Positions 13,388-28,099 of a stretch of 64,000 nucleotides of DNA are shown here, piece after piece. The position numbers and the translations under genes are program-made. The DNA is from Heptranchias perlo (Eukaryota). The notes beneath the pieces are model-generated. The model saw only the letters and a program-made list of their open reading frames with translations, made no database searches and had not been told where the DNA came from. Every line of letters starts with the position of its first letter. Positions within the stretch are counted from its first letter, which is position 1. The stretch lies in contig NW_027139559.1 of the NCBI RefSeq assembly GCF_035084215.1, positions 5,766,001 to 5,830,000 of the forward strand, read 5' to 3'.

Positions 13388-13838
13388 GTGTCAGCCGTGA
13401 CTCTCTCACCCCTGGGGCAGAAGGTCATGGGTTTACTTCCTACTCCAGAGACTTGAGCTAAATACCCAGGCTCACCCTGCCATGCAGTACTGAGGGAGTG
13501 CTGCACTGTCAGAGGTGCCGTCTTTCGAATATGATGTTAAATCGAGGCCACATCTGCCCTCTAAGTTGGACGTCAAAGATCCCAAAGCATTATTTCGAAG
13601 AAGAGCAGAGGAGTTCCCTCCGGTGTCCTGACAAATATATTTCCCTCAACCAGCATCACTAAAACAGATGACCTGGTCATTATCACATTGCTGTTTGTGG
13701 GATCTTGCTCTGCGCAATTAGCTGCCGAATTTCCTACATTACAACAGTGGCTACACTTGAAAAAAAGTATTTAATTGGCTGGAAAGCGCTTTGGGTCGCC
13801 CTGAAGTCGTGAACAGCGCTACATAAATGCAAATCTTT
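13388..13838 (+). mobile_element. DeuSINE / SacSINE1-like SINE
   Basis: tRNA-like head, central CAGTACTGAGGGAGTGCTGCACTGTCAGAGGTGCCGTCTTTC domain and L2-type tail AAAGCGCTTTGGG..ATAAATGCAA. Partial copy at ~11910-12090. Confidence 0.75.
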
Positions 13839-14309
13839 CCTTAGACGCTTTTCAATAACATTTAGCACATGCCTGACAGCATTGATATCATAACCAGTAG
13901 CATTTGCATTATTCTCAAAACCAATCACCACTGAAATAAGCATTGATTTTCATACCTTTTAGAATTTAACCCTATCAAAGAGCATTAATCTATCCCTGAG
14001 ATCAATGCAATAAAAGCAAGGACTTTAATCCATATGAATCAGGATTAATCCCATTCATACTTTTCCTGGCGCATCCCATTCATCCCTGCTCCTAGCATTG
14101 CCGATATTCATACCAACATTCGCTAAACTATCTCCTCAGTCTCTCACAATATTGTTTGGTCCATTTGTCGATTTTGCCATTTTTAAACATATGGAGCTTT
14201 CTGCAGATTTCAGCCTTGATATCATTATATTGCACCTTTCGCTGTTTCCTGATCATCGCAATCCACCCCCTCCAAGTTTACATGGTTCAGAAGAAATATG
14301 ACTAAAACT

Positions 14310-15440
14310 ATCAATTTTGGTTGCAGCTGTTTGAACCGCTCAACACGGGCGGGTTCGCCCCGAATTTACATAATGACTTATGTTTTCATGTCTGCAGGAA
14401 ATCAGAACTAAGAAGTCTGTCACAAGTGTTGCCTCACCCAAAAACGCCATTTATTAATTCAATTTGTAAACTAATCGATTAAGCTGAAGTGAGATCAGTT
14501 AATGGACAGACAGCAAGAGTTGTTAATATGTGGCCTCACCTGTGTGTCGTCAAGTACAAAGCCTGATTTAAGATCTAAGCTTTAGGCCGAAGTCCTTGTT
14601 ATTTTGCTGCAAAACAGCAGTCAGCTCGCAAAATGCAGGTCAATGGCCCATAACTGAGCACAGGTCCCATACCGTTCATCTGTAGCGTCTCGTTATCTTG
14701 TGACCTGCAGCCGAATAAAAAAAGAACTGGTGCCGAGAAACATTTCAAATGTTGGGTCGTGGCTCTGCTGTGCGATTTGTTTGCAACGCTTTGACCTATT
14801 TTCCAAGGTGATACATATTTTAATAATCATCAGTCTGTGCTTCACATCATTAAAACTGACCGATCTGTTTTTAGACACTTGCTGAATAACATCGAATCGG
14901 TTTAGCTCCGAAATATTTGATGCACTTTTCGCAATCATTTCCCACGAAGAAACTGCAGACCCGAGCTGTTTAACAGACGGCTACTTATCTCTGAAATTAT
15001 TTGCTCTTAAACATGTACTCGCTTTAAGATCTGATCCTGGTTGAAAAGTTGTAAGAGGAACTGAAACAGCAGGATTTGGGCCCGGATCTCCCCCTCTCAG
15101 CCATAACTTGAAATGTGTATCTTCCATACAGCATAAAGCCCACTTACTTTAAACCTCGTGATAAGGAGAGAGAATAGAATAGCTTTCGATAAATGACATA
15201 ATCTTATTCCGTATGTATCGCAAGCCGATTGTATTTTAATAAGTTGAGGAGGTTGTTCTGGACGGTGATTGATGCGAGGAACAGATGATGTGGAAGTAAT
15301 GAGGTAATGGCGACAACGCACAACGAACGAGTCAGTTCCTTGTTTTAGTTCCCTAACGATACGAAAACGTCAAGCTATAAGTGGCACCGGGGCGAACCCC
15401 GCCTGTGTGTTGCGGTGAAAGCCGTCGAAATTAATTGGCT
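14310..15440. mobile_element. Non-autonomous element with degenerate terminal inverted repeats
   Basis: ..CCGCTCAACACGGGCGGGTTCGCCCCG (~14336-14363) is the inverse of CGGGGCGAACCCCGCCTGTGTGTTGCGG (~15388-15415). No intact ORF inside. Confidence 0.55.
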
Positions 15441-15834
15441 GAACTGAAGTCAGTATTTACTTATTAAAACCATTCGGATTGAACCTAGATCGATACTATT
15501 GATGGATTGATTTGTTTTATTATGTTATATTATAAAAATGTAAATATATTAGCACATGTGTGAATGGAGAAATAAACCTCACTGTCCGGAGAAGAAGGAA
15601 CATGCATTTCTATAACGCCTTTCACGGCCTCATGACGTCCCAAAGTGCTTCACAGCCAATGAAGTACTTTTTGAAATGCAGTCATTGTTGTGTAAGGAAC
15701 ATGTGGATGTTTATACTGCTCAAATCTCAACATTCCGGTTAAGAGACTACGTCGTGATTCAATTGGACAGGCATTCCTTGATTTATATTGACGGAGGAAC
15801 ATTCAGATATCAAAAGTGTTCAGTGCAACTTAGA

Positions 15835-17485
15835 TTCATAGATTCATAGAATGGTTACAGCACAGAAGGAGGCCATTCGGCTCGTCGAGCCCGTGCCTGT
15901 TCTCTGCAAGAGCAATCCAGCTCGTCCCACTCCCCTGCCCTTTTCCCCGTAGTCCTGCAAATGTTTCCCTTCAAGTACTTATCCAATTCCCTTTTGAAAA
16001 CCACGATTGAATCTGCCTCCACCACCCCCTCAGGCAGTCCATTCCAGATCATAACCACTCGCTGTGTAAAACAGTTTTTCCTCCTGTCGCCTTTGGTTAT
16101 TTTGCCAATCACCTTAAATCTGTATCCGCTGCTTCTCGAACCTTCCACCGATGGGATCACTTTCTCTCTATCGACTCTGCCTGGACATCAGATGATTTTG
16201 AACACCGCTATGAAATATCCTATCAACCTTCTCTGCTGGAAGGTGAACAACCCCAGCTTCTCCAGTCTATACACATAACTGAAGTCCCTCATCCATGGAA
16301 CCAAGCTAGTAATTCTTTTCTGCACCGCCTCCAAGTCCTTGACATCCTTCCTAAAGTACAGTCCCCAGAATTGGACACAATACTGCTGTTGTGGCGGAAC
16401 TACTGTTTTATAAAGGTTCATCATAACCTCCTTGAAGTTTGGAGATTCCCATAGCTCTGGCTAGGATAACACCGGGGTAAACAGAGACAGAGCTGGATAC
16501 ACAAAATCTTATGCATATTGTCGAGACAAGGAAGCCATGTGACCAGGAAACAGAAAATGAGCGGGAACATTGATAATGGCGTATGTAGATTATCATGGAC
16601 AGGCCACACTAAACTGCTGGCAGGTTGCCAAATTGGCTGCTGAGGCAGAAAAAATAAGCAAACTAGCAGAGGCAAATACAGTCTATGTAAACCAAATTAT
16701 ACACCACATCTCACCAAAATATTAACGTCTACAAATAGAAGAAGACTGCATAGACAACTAAATCACAGAATCGTTGCAGCACAGAAGGAGGCCATTCGGC
16801 CCATCGAGCCTGAGCAGGCTCCTTGTAAGAGCAATCCAGTTAGTATACCCAGCTCTTTTCCTGTAGCCCTGCAGTTTTATTTCTCTTCAAACATTTATAC
16901 AATTCCTTTCTGAAAGCTGCGAGTAAATCTTCTTCCACCGTCCTTTCAAGCAGTGCATTCCATGTTATAACCACTCGCTGCGTAAAAAAAGTTTTTCCTC
17001 ACTTCGCCTTTGGTTCTTTTGCCAATCATCTTAAATCTCTGTCCTTTGTTTCCGGACCCTACTGCCAATGGGAACAGTTTCTCTTTGTTTACTTTATTTA
17101 AACTCTTCATGATTTTGAACACTTCTATCGAATGCCCTCTTATCTTTCTCTGCTCCAAGGAGATCAACCCCAGCTTCTCCAGTCTATCCACGTAACTGAA
17201 GTCCCTCATTCCTGGAACCATTCTAGTAATTCTTTTCTGCACCCCCTCGAAGGCCGTCACATCCTTCCTAAAGGGCGATGCCCAGAATTGGACACAATAC
17301 TCCAGTGTTTGATGAAGGCTCATCATAATCTGTTTGATGTTGTACTCTATGCCTGTATTTAAAAAGCACAGGATTCCATATGCGTTTTTAACCGTTTCCT
17401 CAACCTGTCCTGCCACCTTCAAAGGTTTGCGCACTCATACCCCCAGATCTCTCTGTTCCTGCACCACCTTTAGAATTGTACCACT
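15835..17485 (-). mobile_element. Two CR1 3' fragments (~15835-16430 and ~16765-17485)
   Basis: Minus-strand LEYCVQFW, QKRITRMVPGMRDFSY, FTQRVVMIWN motifs and CR1 tails. Confidence 0.88.
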
Positions 17486-17899
17486 GGGCCACTGAATCAT
17501 TATTCCTGAAATAAAGGTATTTATATTCAGCCATGGGAGCAAATGCCCTTACACTTGTTTATCTGCCTGCTTCACACTGTAGAAATTATGATATGCATTA
17601 GGCATCCAAGAACGAGGAATTCCATGGAAGGCGCAGCCAGGGTTAGCACATTGTGGAAAAGAGGGGAACATTCAGCATAAACATTGCTTTGGATTGATGT
17701 GGTTGTTGACACTGATGTTAGGGGTAATCAGTGCATGGGATGGCCCTAATTGTGGTGGTAAAGACAGGTAAGGTTAGCGTTAGTGCCAATATCAACAGAA
17801 TACTGAGCAGACACCTGCGGAGTGTGTCAGTGTTTCTGCCACTGGGACTGGTGATGACAATGCTGATGTCATTGGGATAGAGGTCAGATATAAGTGAGA

Positions 17900-20800
17900 G
17901 AGGAATTCTACTCTCCTAACTCACCATTCCTTAGAAATCCCAACTGCCTCTTTTATGATTCAAAGATTTTGCTTCCACTGCCCCACCGGAAGACCATTCC
18001 CATGAGTGGCCATTCTTTGTGGAGAGAAGTGCTTTCTTCCATCAGTCCTGAACTTTCCATTTACCCGATTCCACCTGTTTCTTATTGACCTGCAGTCGTG
18101 GATTAACTTGAAGTAGAGCTCGGGTTTAACCTTTCCGCGTCCACTTATACATCCGCCTTCTTTAAAGTCCAAATAATCCACCCTTTACTGGTCTTAGCTC
18201 CGAACCCGGCCCTCTGACAGTAGAGATGACCTCAGTTGCCCTTCTTTGCACCGCTCCCAGGGCTTGGGCCATTCTGCTGCGCCCCAATGTCCCGAATTGG
18301 AATCTGTATCCAAGGCGTGACTTGACCGGGTCACTATATAGCGTCAGCATGACAGTCTTTGAACTGTGCCTTACTGAGATGGCAATGTCGCCCAGCATTC
18401 CGTTTCCTTCATAAATATGGCTCTGTCCTCTACTATATTGCAATGGACCATTGTTCTGCTTTAGCATCTGGCTGCAAATAATCGGCTGGATAAATACAGA
18501 AAGGAAAATCAGGTAGGGAGAATCTGTTAGTCTAGAAGGAGGAAAATCAGACGGGCTCCTTTACCAAGGAACGATTCTTTCCACGTGATTTTCCTTTTTC
18601 CGCTGGTGTTACTGTAGGCCCAGACCCTGAAGACACAAACCTACCCACCCCCAACCACCTCCATCTCTTTCAGCTTCTCCCTCATTGAGTTGCACAACAT
18701 CAAGTAAGCATGTTCTGCATTTTCCTTCCAATGTTAATTAGCTAAATGATATTTCATCTGTCGTAATCCGGCCCACATTAAAATATTACTGAGGTTTTCA
18801 CGTAAGCCACGGATTTTTCTATTAGAGTCCCTTCCTTTTATCAATGATTTGGACCAACTTACATGACTTTCTGAATTGGGGCCACTTTAAAACTCAGAAA
18901 ATGTAAAACTCTTTACGACCATCCCTGGGGGACTGCGTTCATCTTCTAAGCCCTAAATCAGTCCCCAAATTACTACCAGCTGCTTACCCTCATCAAGACA
19001 ATGGCTTACCCATCTCCAGGTTTTACCAATGATAACAATGGAAAATAAAACCGAGCCAGGTGTAAAACAGGTTTTCGATTCGTTATCACCCGACTTTCGC
19101 CCGGCAGTGAGTAAAAATTACTCGCCCCCCGTGAAGTTACAACACATTGTCATTCGGGATCGAGTGACTGAGCACGTGAACAAATATCAAATGTTCAGAG
19201 AGAGCCAGCACGGCTTTGTTAATGTAAGTCATGTCGGCCTAATCAAGTCGAATTTTATGAGGAGGTCACTCATAAGTTAGACGTGGAAGTTTCTGTGGAT
19301 GTTTTCTGTATGGAGGGCCAGAAGGCGTTCGATCAGGTTCCACACAGGTGATTATTAGAAAAAATAGGTGTGAACGGAATTGAAAATAGCCCTTTGACAA
19401 AGGTTGGAAATTGGATGGGAGATCGGAGACAGGGAGAGGGGATAACGGGTACGTTGTTAGATTGAGAGGATCTGAGAAGTGGTCTTCTCCAATGATCTAT
19501 CTGTTTCTGGCTTCAACTTCTCACCATAGTTATTAATGCCTTGGGTGACGGAATGGAAATTTGTATCTCCAAGTTTGCAGATTACACTAATTAGGAGGGA
19601 TAGTTTGTAGTGCAGATGGGAGCAGGGTGTTGAAAAGGACATAGGCAGATTAAGTGAGTGGGAAAATCTGTGGCAGATGGAGTTCAAGACACAAGAATGA
19701 TGAATCGGAGAATTGTCTAAATCGTAGGAAGCTTGGAACTGTAGAGGCGCATAGAGATTTGGGAGTCCAAGTGCACCAATCATTAAAAGCTAGTAGACAG
19801 TTACAAGAAGTAATCGAAATGGTGAATGGAATGTTGGCCATTTCTCAATGAGGGTGGAATACAAAGAGAAGGAAGTTACGCATCAGTTGTACAGACTCTT
19901 GATATAAGTCTCGGTGTCCCAGATAGAATAACTATAGTTAGCTATTAAAATATATATCCACATATTTTTACACATTCTGGAATAGCTATGTAAGCTGAGG
20001 TCTGTAATATTCGAGACAATGCTTCATTAACCGTCCAGGAGAAGATATAAGAAATATGAAGTAGTAAGTATATCATGAATCAGTCAATAAGACGGAGGGG
20101 AGGAAACGGTATGAATACGCTTATGTTATGCATGCACGGGAAAGAGACAAGGCTCCAAATGCTCAATCAAATGTGCAATGTCCAGAGTGCAAAAAAGAAC
20201 CGAACACATCAAAGGCATGCACAACAAATGGTAGCAGCTAACCTCACCACTAAACGAGCTCACGTGTCAACAGTATACACACAGAACGTGATGACATATG
20301 GTACCCACATTACGTAATTAAACATGTAATAGATAAAACACACTGGAGCTCATGGGGAACTTCAATTCTGAAGGATTCCTTGGTATGTGAGTATTGGTTT
20401 CGATATCGCACATGCACAGCGTGTAAGGGCTATTGTTTTATTATCTACTTGAGTTCGTTTGATAACATTTATTTACCAGACGTTTCAGTGTTTCTTAGTC
20501 CTCGAAGAAATTTACCATTGTGGGGGAGTACAAAACTAGGGTAAATAAATATAATCGTAAATATAATATTAAATCCAATAATGAATTCAGGAGAAACTTC
20601 TTACTCAGGCAGTGGTGAGAATGTGGAACTCGTTATCACAGGGAGTGGTTGATGTGAACAGCATAGATGCATTTAAGGGGAAACTGGATGAATTCATGAG
20701 CGAGAAAGGAATAGAAGGATATGTTGATCGGCTGAGTTCAAGTAAGTTGCGAGGAGGCTCGTGTGTATTATAAATACCGGCATAGACCATTTGGGCCGAA

Positions 20801-21330
20801 TGGCCTGTTTCTGAACTGTAACATTCCATGTAATTCCATGTAATAACGGTCAATATCCCATTAGCCTTTTTGATTGATTTTTGTACCCGTTCAGCAGCTT
20901 TAAATGATTTGTACACTTGGATTCCCAAATCTCGTTGATCCTCTACAGTTCCTAATCTCTCAGTATCTAGAAAATTCTCCGATTTATCTTTCTTAGTGAC
21001 CTCCCACTTGCCCACATTGAAATCCATCTGCCATAGTTTTGCCCACTCTTAGTCGCTTTGTAACTTTCTGTTCCCACCCACACAACTTACTGTTCCTCAT
21101 AATTAATGTCATCTGCAGACTTGGATATACAACTCCCGTTCCTTCATCCAAGTCATTAATAAAGGTGGTGAAACTTTGAGGCCCCAGAAAAGATCCCTGG
21201 AGCACATCACTTATCAGATCCTGTCAATCTGATTACACACCTTTTATCCCAACTCTTACCTTTTCCCAATAATGTTTTGTATGGAACTTTATCGAATGCC
21301 TTCTGGAAGTCCGTTTAAATAATATCCATA
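17900..21330. mobile_element. Cluster of old CR1 fragments on both strands
   Basis: RT-like remnants: ESQHGF (19200, +), RDLGVQVHQSLK (19750, +), QGSFLGPQSFTTFINDLDEG (21150, -). Confidence 0.75.
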
Positions 21331-21349
21331 GAAATACCCTTGTCTGGAT

Positions 21350-23440
21350 CGGAATAAAAGCTAATTTGATGGGGATGTGAATGGAACAAGGGCAGGTAAG
21401 CTCGAATAAAACTGACAAACAAAGAAATAGAACGGCAGTGGGAAATATTTAAAACGGTGATCAATAGTTCCCCGGATAAATATATGCCTCTTAAAATCCA
21501 GAACCAAATACATATACAACAAATGAAAGGATGACAGAAGGGAATACGAAGAGCTTCGGAAAGAAATACAAGAACAATTAGGAGGCGAAAAACAACCACG
21601 AGATTAAATTGTCAGGGATATAAAAAATAAATACTAACGTATTCTAAAGAAACATAAATAACAAGAGAAAAATCAGGATAGGAATAGGGCCACTAAGCGA
21701 AGGACACGATAAACTCAGTGGTAATGACAGCGAAATGGTAGTAATATTGAATAATTACTTTGCCTCCGTATTTACCAGGGATACTAATAAGGTGGGCAGG
21801 ACATTAGGAGAAGAGATCGAAAAAGCTATGAAAACAATTAAGATGGAAAGGAGGAGAGATAATTGATAACATAATCAAACTTAAGGAGAATAAGATCCCT
21901 GGTCCGGATGGATTGCATCTGCGATTGTTTTTAAAGATAGGGAAGAGATAGCAGAGGCGCTATTGCATGTCTGTAAGAATAGACTAGAAATAGGAATAGT
22001 GCCAGAAGGCGAGGGGACAGCTTATGTTAGTGCTATATTATTTTTTAAAAGGGATAGAACAAGTCCAGGAAACGATAGAATAGTTAGTTTAATGTCGGAA
22101 GTAGGAACGATAATGGAATCTTCACTCAAAGATGAAATAGAAAGACATCTAGAGAATGAAATTATAATAAGGAAGATTCAGAAATGATTTCAGAATGGAA
22201 GGTCATGCTGACCAACCTTATTGAATTCCTTGAAGAAGTAACAGAAAGACTAGGCTAGGGTAATGCAGTAAATGTAATATATTTGGATTTTGAAAAGGCC
22301 TTCGATGAGGTACAGCATTGTAGACTCATGGTTAAGGTCAGAGCATGTGGACTCAGGGGGCAGGTAGCAGAATGGATTGCAAATTGGCTACAAAACAGAA
22401 AATAGAGAGTAGGGGTTAAGGTTTGCTTCTCAGGCTGGCAAAAGGTGGGAACTGGTGTTCCACAGATATCGGTACTGGGACAACTGTTCTTCTCAATGTA
22501 CATGAACGAATTTAATTCAAGAATCGGAAGTACACTTTCAAAATTTATAGGCGACAAAAAATTGGGATGTTTTAGTTAATACAAAGGAAGAATGCGTCCA
22601 AATGCAAAAGGACGTTAATAAACTCGCGAAAGTGTGTGTAATTGACAAATCAATTTCAATATTGATAAGTGTGAGGTGATGCATTTTGGCAGGAAGAATA
22701 AGGAGGCCACATACTGCTTGGATAGTAAGGGTTAAATAGGATAGAGGAGTCAAAGGATCGTGGGGTAAAGATACACAAATCACAAAAAGTAGCGACACGG
22801 GTTAATAAGGCTACAAAAAGGCAAGTCAAGCACTAGGGTTCATTTCGAGAGGGATAGAATTGTAAAGCAGAAAAGTTACGTTGAACTTGTATAGAACCTT
22901 GATTGGACCACACTTGGAGTATTGTGCACATTTCTGGTCTCCATATTATAAAAAAGATGTCGACGCATTGGAGAGGGTGCAAAAAAGATTCGCAAGGATG
23001 ATACCAGAACTGAAAAGATATCCTTATCAGGAAAGGCTGAACAGACTCTCTCGAGAAAAAAAGACTGAGGGGTGAACTGATACAGGTGTTTAAGATAATG
23101 ATGGGGTTTTTAGAATTGATCAGGAGAAAATGTTTACTCTTGTCGGGGAGTCCTAAACTAGAAGACATAAATCTAAAATTGTCGTTAATAAATCCAATGG
23201 GGAATTCAGGAGAAACTTCTTTACCCGAAGAGTGGTAAGAATGTGAAACGCGCTACCACAAGGAGTAATTGAGGCATAGATGTATTTAAGGGTAAGCTGG
23301 ATAAGCACATGAGGGGAAATGGAATAGAAGGGTATCGAGATAAGCTTGGATGAATTAAGGAGGGAGGAGGCTCGTGTGGAGAATAAACGCCGGCACAGAT
23401 CAGTTGGGGCGAATATCCTGTTTCTTTGCAGTAGTTTCGA
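21350..23440 (+). mobile_element. CR1 LINE ORF2/3' end (decayed)
   Basis: LDFEKAFD, NLYRTLIGPHLEYCAHFWSPYYKKDVDALERVQKRF. Same subfamily as 37440-39180. Confidence 0.9.
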
Positions 23441-23559
23441 TTTAACTTGATATGCTTTATTCATGGCCGCCTCAAAAAAATCATCCAGATGAGCCAGATG
23501 TCACTTACGCTTAACAAAGCCATGCTTGTTCTTTCTGAACGGCTGCTATTTGTTCACGT

Positions 23560-26500
23560 GCTCTTTCACTCTATCTCTAATGAAAGACTCTGGTAACTTC
23601 TTCATAACTTATGTTAAACAGCAAAGTTTGCAGTTTCCTGGTTTCTCTCTCTCAGCCCTATTAAATAATAAAGTGACATTAGCAATTTCCAATCTAACTG
23701 CACAATTACCGAACCAACAAATCATAGAAAGATTATGACGAACGCTTCTATATTTTCCTCACCTTCTTCCTTTAATTCCCTGGCCTGGAATCCATCCGGT
23801 TCAGGTGATTTATCTATCTTAAATCCCATTATTACCTCCATACCTTTTTTTTTACCAATATTGAATACAATGAGATATACCCCTTGATTTATTTTTAGTT
23901 TCTCTTCCAACACTGATATTTTATCCGCTTCCTGTACTGTGAACACGGACACAAAGTGCTCGTTTAATAAATTCGCCATGAACTTGTTAACTATTACAGT
24001 ATTAGTTGCATCTGTCTTTAATGGCTTGCATCTCACTTAGCCACACTCTTATTCTTAATATATTCAGAAAATCATTTACTATTAGCCTTTATATTACTTG
24101 GAAGTTTTTCATTATTCCTTTTTTACAGCTATTAATATTTTCTTTGTGACCTTTTGTTGTTCTCTGTATTGTTCCCAGTCTGCTGGATTACAACTTTTCT
24201 GGGCATTGATGTAAGGTTAATATCCTACAACCGTGCTAGCAGTGAAACGTGTTTCAATAATTGTGCAGATCAGCTCAGTCAAGACAATAGGGAAACAATG
24301 AGTTGAAAAAGGGGGGAGTGGTCAGGTGAGGGGGAATTTAGAAATCTAAACAGAAAAGTCAAGGCAATAGAGCAGTCGAGTGATTTGGGTAAAGAGAAGC
24401 AGAGTGTGACAGGAAGGGATAGAGAGTTTAACGGTAATCGCGCGTCAGTGAATAAAGTCAAAGAAGGGAAAAAATGGTAAAAAAATAAAATTAAAGGCGC
24501 TTTATCTGAATACATGAAACATGAAACATTCGTAACAAGATAAACGAATTCGTGGCACAAATAGGGATAAGTGGATTTGATAGCTTTTACAGAGACGTGG
24601 TTGAAAGGTGACCAGGATTGGGAACTAAATATTCCAAGGTAATTGACGTTTCGAAAAGACAGGCAGAACTTGGGATAGCCCTGATAATAAAGGATGACAT
24701 AAGGACAGTAGTGAGAAAGGATCTTAGCTCGGAAGATCCGGAATTAGAATCAGTATGGGTGGAAATATGAAATAACAAGGGGAAGAAAACATTGCTGGGA
24801 ATAGTTTATAGGCCCACTAATAGTAGCTATACCGTTTGACACATAATTAATCAAGAAATAAGATGAATTTGTAACAAAGGGAATGCAATAATCGTGGCGG
24901 ACTTTAATCTTCATATGGACTGGACAATTCAAATTGGCAAAAGTAATCTGGAGGATGAGTTCATGGAATGTATTCGAGGCAGTTTTTTGAGAACAATGCA
25001 TCATGGACCCAACCGGGGAACAGACTATTTTATTACAATCAGATGCGCAGTGGTGTGAAGTGTTTCGGGCTTTGCATTAGTTATGAAAGGGCCAGTGCAA
25101 TGTTGGGGGTTAATGTGAAGAGTGCCCTCTGGGATGTATGATTGCAGCGGGTGAGATTGTCAATACAATAAATGAGAGTTGCAAAACCAGCTCCAAATGG
25201 CAGCACCAGTCACAGTATAACTACAGCTCAATAAGGAGCACGGTTTAAAGATGCCCAAATTGTACATGTGGAACTCGTACACGCTTTATTCTAATATTGC
25301 AAAGTATCTGCCCGAGGGAAGGAGCTCACGCAGCATCCCTTTGTCCCTGATCTTTAAGCAAGGTCCATGCGGCTGTGTCCCTCACTCAGGGAGCTGTAAA
25401 TGCTGTAAATCACCCCACACATGTTGATCTGACACTGCTCCCTGTCGCAGCATTGTACTCAGTGACTCCTCCTAGTTTTACTTCCTAAAAGTTATCTGAG
25501 AAACTCAGTCTATATGTCGCACGGGGCAGACCCGATCTTTGATATTAAGGCTCCGATAAGCACAGCAAATGGTTAATAATTGAGACTAGAACTGAAGAAT
25601 ATGAGCGGAGCAAACGAGTCCCTGTAACATTCCTCTTTCCACTACTTAACTGGGGAGTTCACCCGTTTAAAATAAACAAATCAAATTTTGTGCTAAAAAG
25701 GCGAACAGAGGAAACGCTTCCCAATGTTCAAAATGTTGATTCCCCAACGACATCAACACGAAAATCAAGGTTGTGATGTCAGGTGGAATTAATGCTCATG
25801 ATATCAGCAATCATAACTCTGACTGAGTTGATATCAGTAATAATCATAGGGAGCCAGCATAGAGTTGTAAAGGATATGTCACGCCTGAGGAATCTGATTG
25901 ATTTTTTTAAAGAGGTGTCTAAAGTAGTAGACAGGGGAATATTTCTATGGCTGTTATTTATATGGACATCCAGAAGGCATCCGATAAAGCCCCTCATAAG
26001 AGACTGTTAGCTAAAGTTGAAGCTCGTGGAATTAATGGGAAATTATTGACTTTGTTAGGAAATTGTCTGAGGGGTAGCAGACAGAGAGTAGGGATAATGG
26101 GCAGGTACTCAAATTGGCAGTATGTGACTCGTGGTGTCCCACAGGGGCAGGGGTTGGGGCCTCAACTATTCACTGTCATTATTAACGACTTAGATGACGA
26201 GACAGAGAGCCACATATCCAAATTTGCCGATGACACAAAGACAGGCAAGATAACAGTATGGATGGAAGCATAAAATTACAGAGAGATATTAATAGATTAA
26301 GTGAATGGGTAAAATTGTGGCAAATGGATTTCAATGTGGGCAAATGTGAGGCCATCCACTTTGGGCCGAAAAAAAAAATCAGAGTACATTCTAAATGTTG
26401 AAAAGCTCGAAACAGTGGAGCTCCAAAGAGACGGAGGCGTCCATGTGCAGAGATCATTAAAATATCATGGACAGATACAGAACATAATCAAAAAGTTTAA

Positions 26501-27140
26501 TGGAATTCTGGCCCTGATATCTAGAGGATTGAATATAAGGGGGTAGAAGTTATGCTACACCTAGAGAAAGCCGTGGTTAGACCACACCTGGAGAACTGTG
26601 TTCAGTTCTGGGCAATTCACCTTCGGAAGGACATATTGGCCTTGGGGGGAATGCAGCGTAGATTTTCTAGAATGATACCTGGACTCCAAGAGTTAAATTT
26701 CGATGTGAGATTACACAAACTCGTGTTGTATTCCCTGTAATTTAGGATATTAAAGGAGTGATTTGATAGAAGATTTCAAGATATTAAGGGGAATTGATAG
26801 TGTAGATCGGGAGAAACTATTTCCGCTGGTTGGGGAGTCGAGGACTAGGGGACATAGTCAAAAAATTAGAGCCAGAACTTTCAGGAATGAAGTTAGGAAA
26901 CGCTTCTACACGCAAAGGGTGGAGGAATTTTGGAACTCTCTTCCACAAACGGCAGTTGATGATTGCTCAACTGTTAATTTAAAAGCTGAGATTGATAGAT
27001 TTTTGTTAATCAAAGTGATTAAGTGATATGGGGCTAAGGCAAGTATCAGGAGTTAGGTCACAGATCAACCATGATTTCATTGAATGGCGAAACAAGCTCG
27101 AGGGGCTAAATGGCCTACTGCTGTTCCTAGGTTCCTATCT
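23560..27140. mobile_element. CR1 fragments (23560-24200 -, 24230-25030 +, 25850-27140 +)
   Basis: DKSPEPDG, VADFNLH, YMDIQKASDK, GVPQG, SKFADDTK, RPHLENCVQFW motifs. Confidence 0.85.
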
Positions 27141-28099
27141 TACTAATTAGATCCGAAATAATTGTCATGCTGTTAACTCTACATTGTTCCATTAATACTT
27201 CCATGTTGCCAGGTTAAGTAGATGACCAAGGTTATGAGTGACAACCTCCAGTAGATGACACATATTTTCATTGCATGATTGATGATTGTGGTGTGAATCG
27301 AATAACTGGGCCCTCGTTCCAGCGAATATCAATAACAAACAATTTGGATGGTAACGTCTGGGGAGATCATCGAGGAGTTTTTCCGCTCCGGGAGCGCGTA
27401 TCGGATCATTGCCAGGCAGTGATTTACACACCATGGAAATTAATGGTCGCAAAAACACGAGAAGGGTGCGCAATTTCACGGTTTGCACTCCGGGAATATA
27501 TGTACAGGGCAGCAGCGGAAAATGCACCCTTTGACTTTTACAGAGAGACCAGTATCTGTAGAATAACTCCCCAAGTCGGCGCCGTGAGTGCCGGTAGACT
27601 CGGTTATCGTGGAGGGGTGAGAAAGAACCCGTCTCTCGTCTGATGGGAAATTTACACAATTCCAACGGGAATTTTGTTTGGTGCTTTTCAGGATGTAGTG
27701 CATGTTGTTTCAGTCAGATTTATTGCAGCTGGGGCCAAGTGTTCTGCCCATGGAGATAGACCAGCGGTGTCATCTCGAACAGACGATTGGACAGCTCCAG
27801 GCCAGATAACGGCTTTTAACAGATGAGAGCTGTTGTCGGACCTTCCAAACATCAATAGCACCCGCACCATAAATTGTCAGGCAGTCCGTCAGATTGGACA
27901 ATCCCCTTTCAACCAGCAGGGGTCCATGTTCGGCTCGATCTTATCGCTGGTGCACAAAGGTTGCATTGATTAAATGTTAAGCCGCTAAAGTCTCAATGTG
28001 AAGTAATTAAAAGCACAGATGACAGCAAGCGAGGAGAGTTATGGAATTCGCTTATGCAGCCAAAATATTACATAGAATGGGCTCCGCGGTCTGCACGTA

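Noticed and set aside
13827-13909. Two octamer motifs (ATGCAAAT at 13827, ATTTGCAT at 13902)
   Set aside because: The first lies in a SINE tail, and no leader or V exon follows; 16 kb from the gene.
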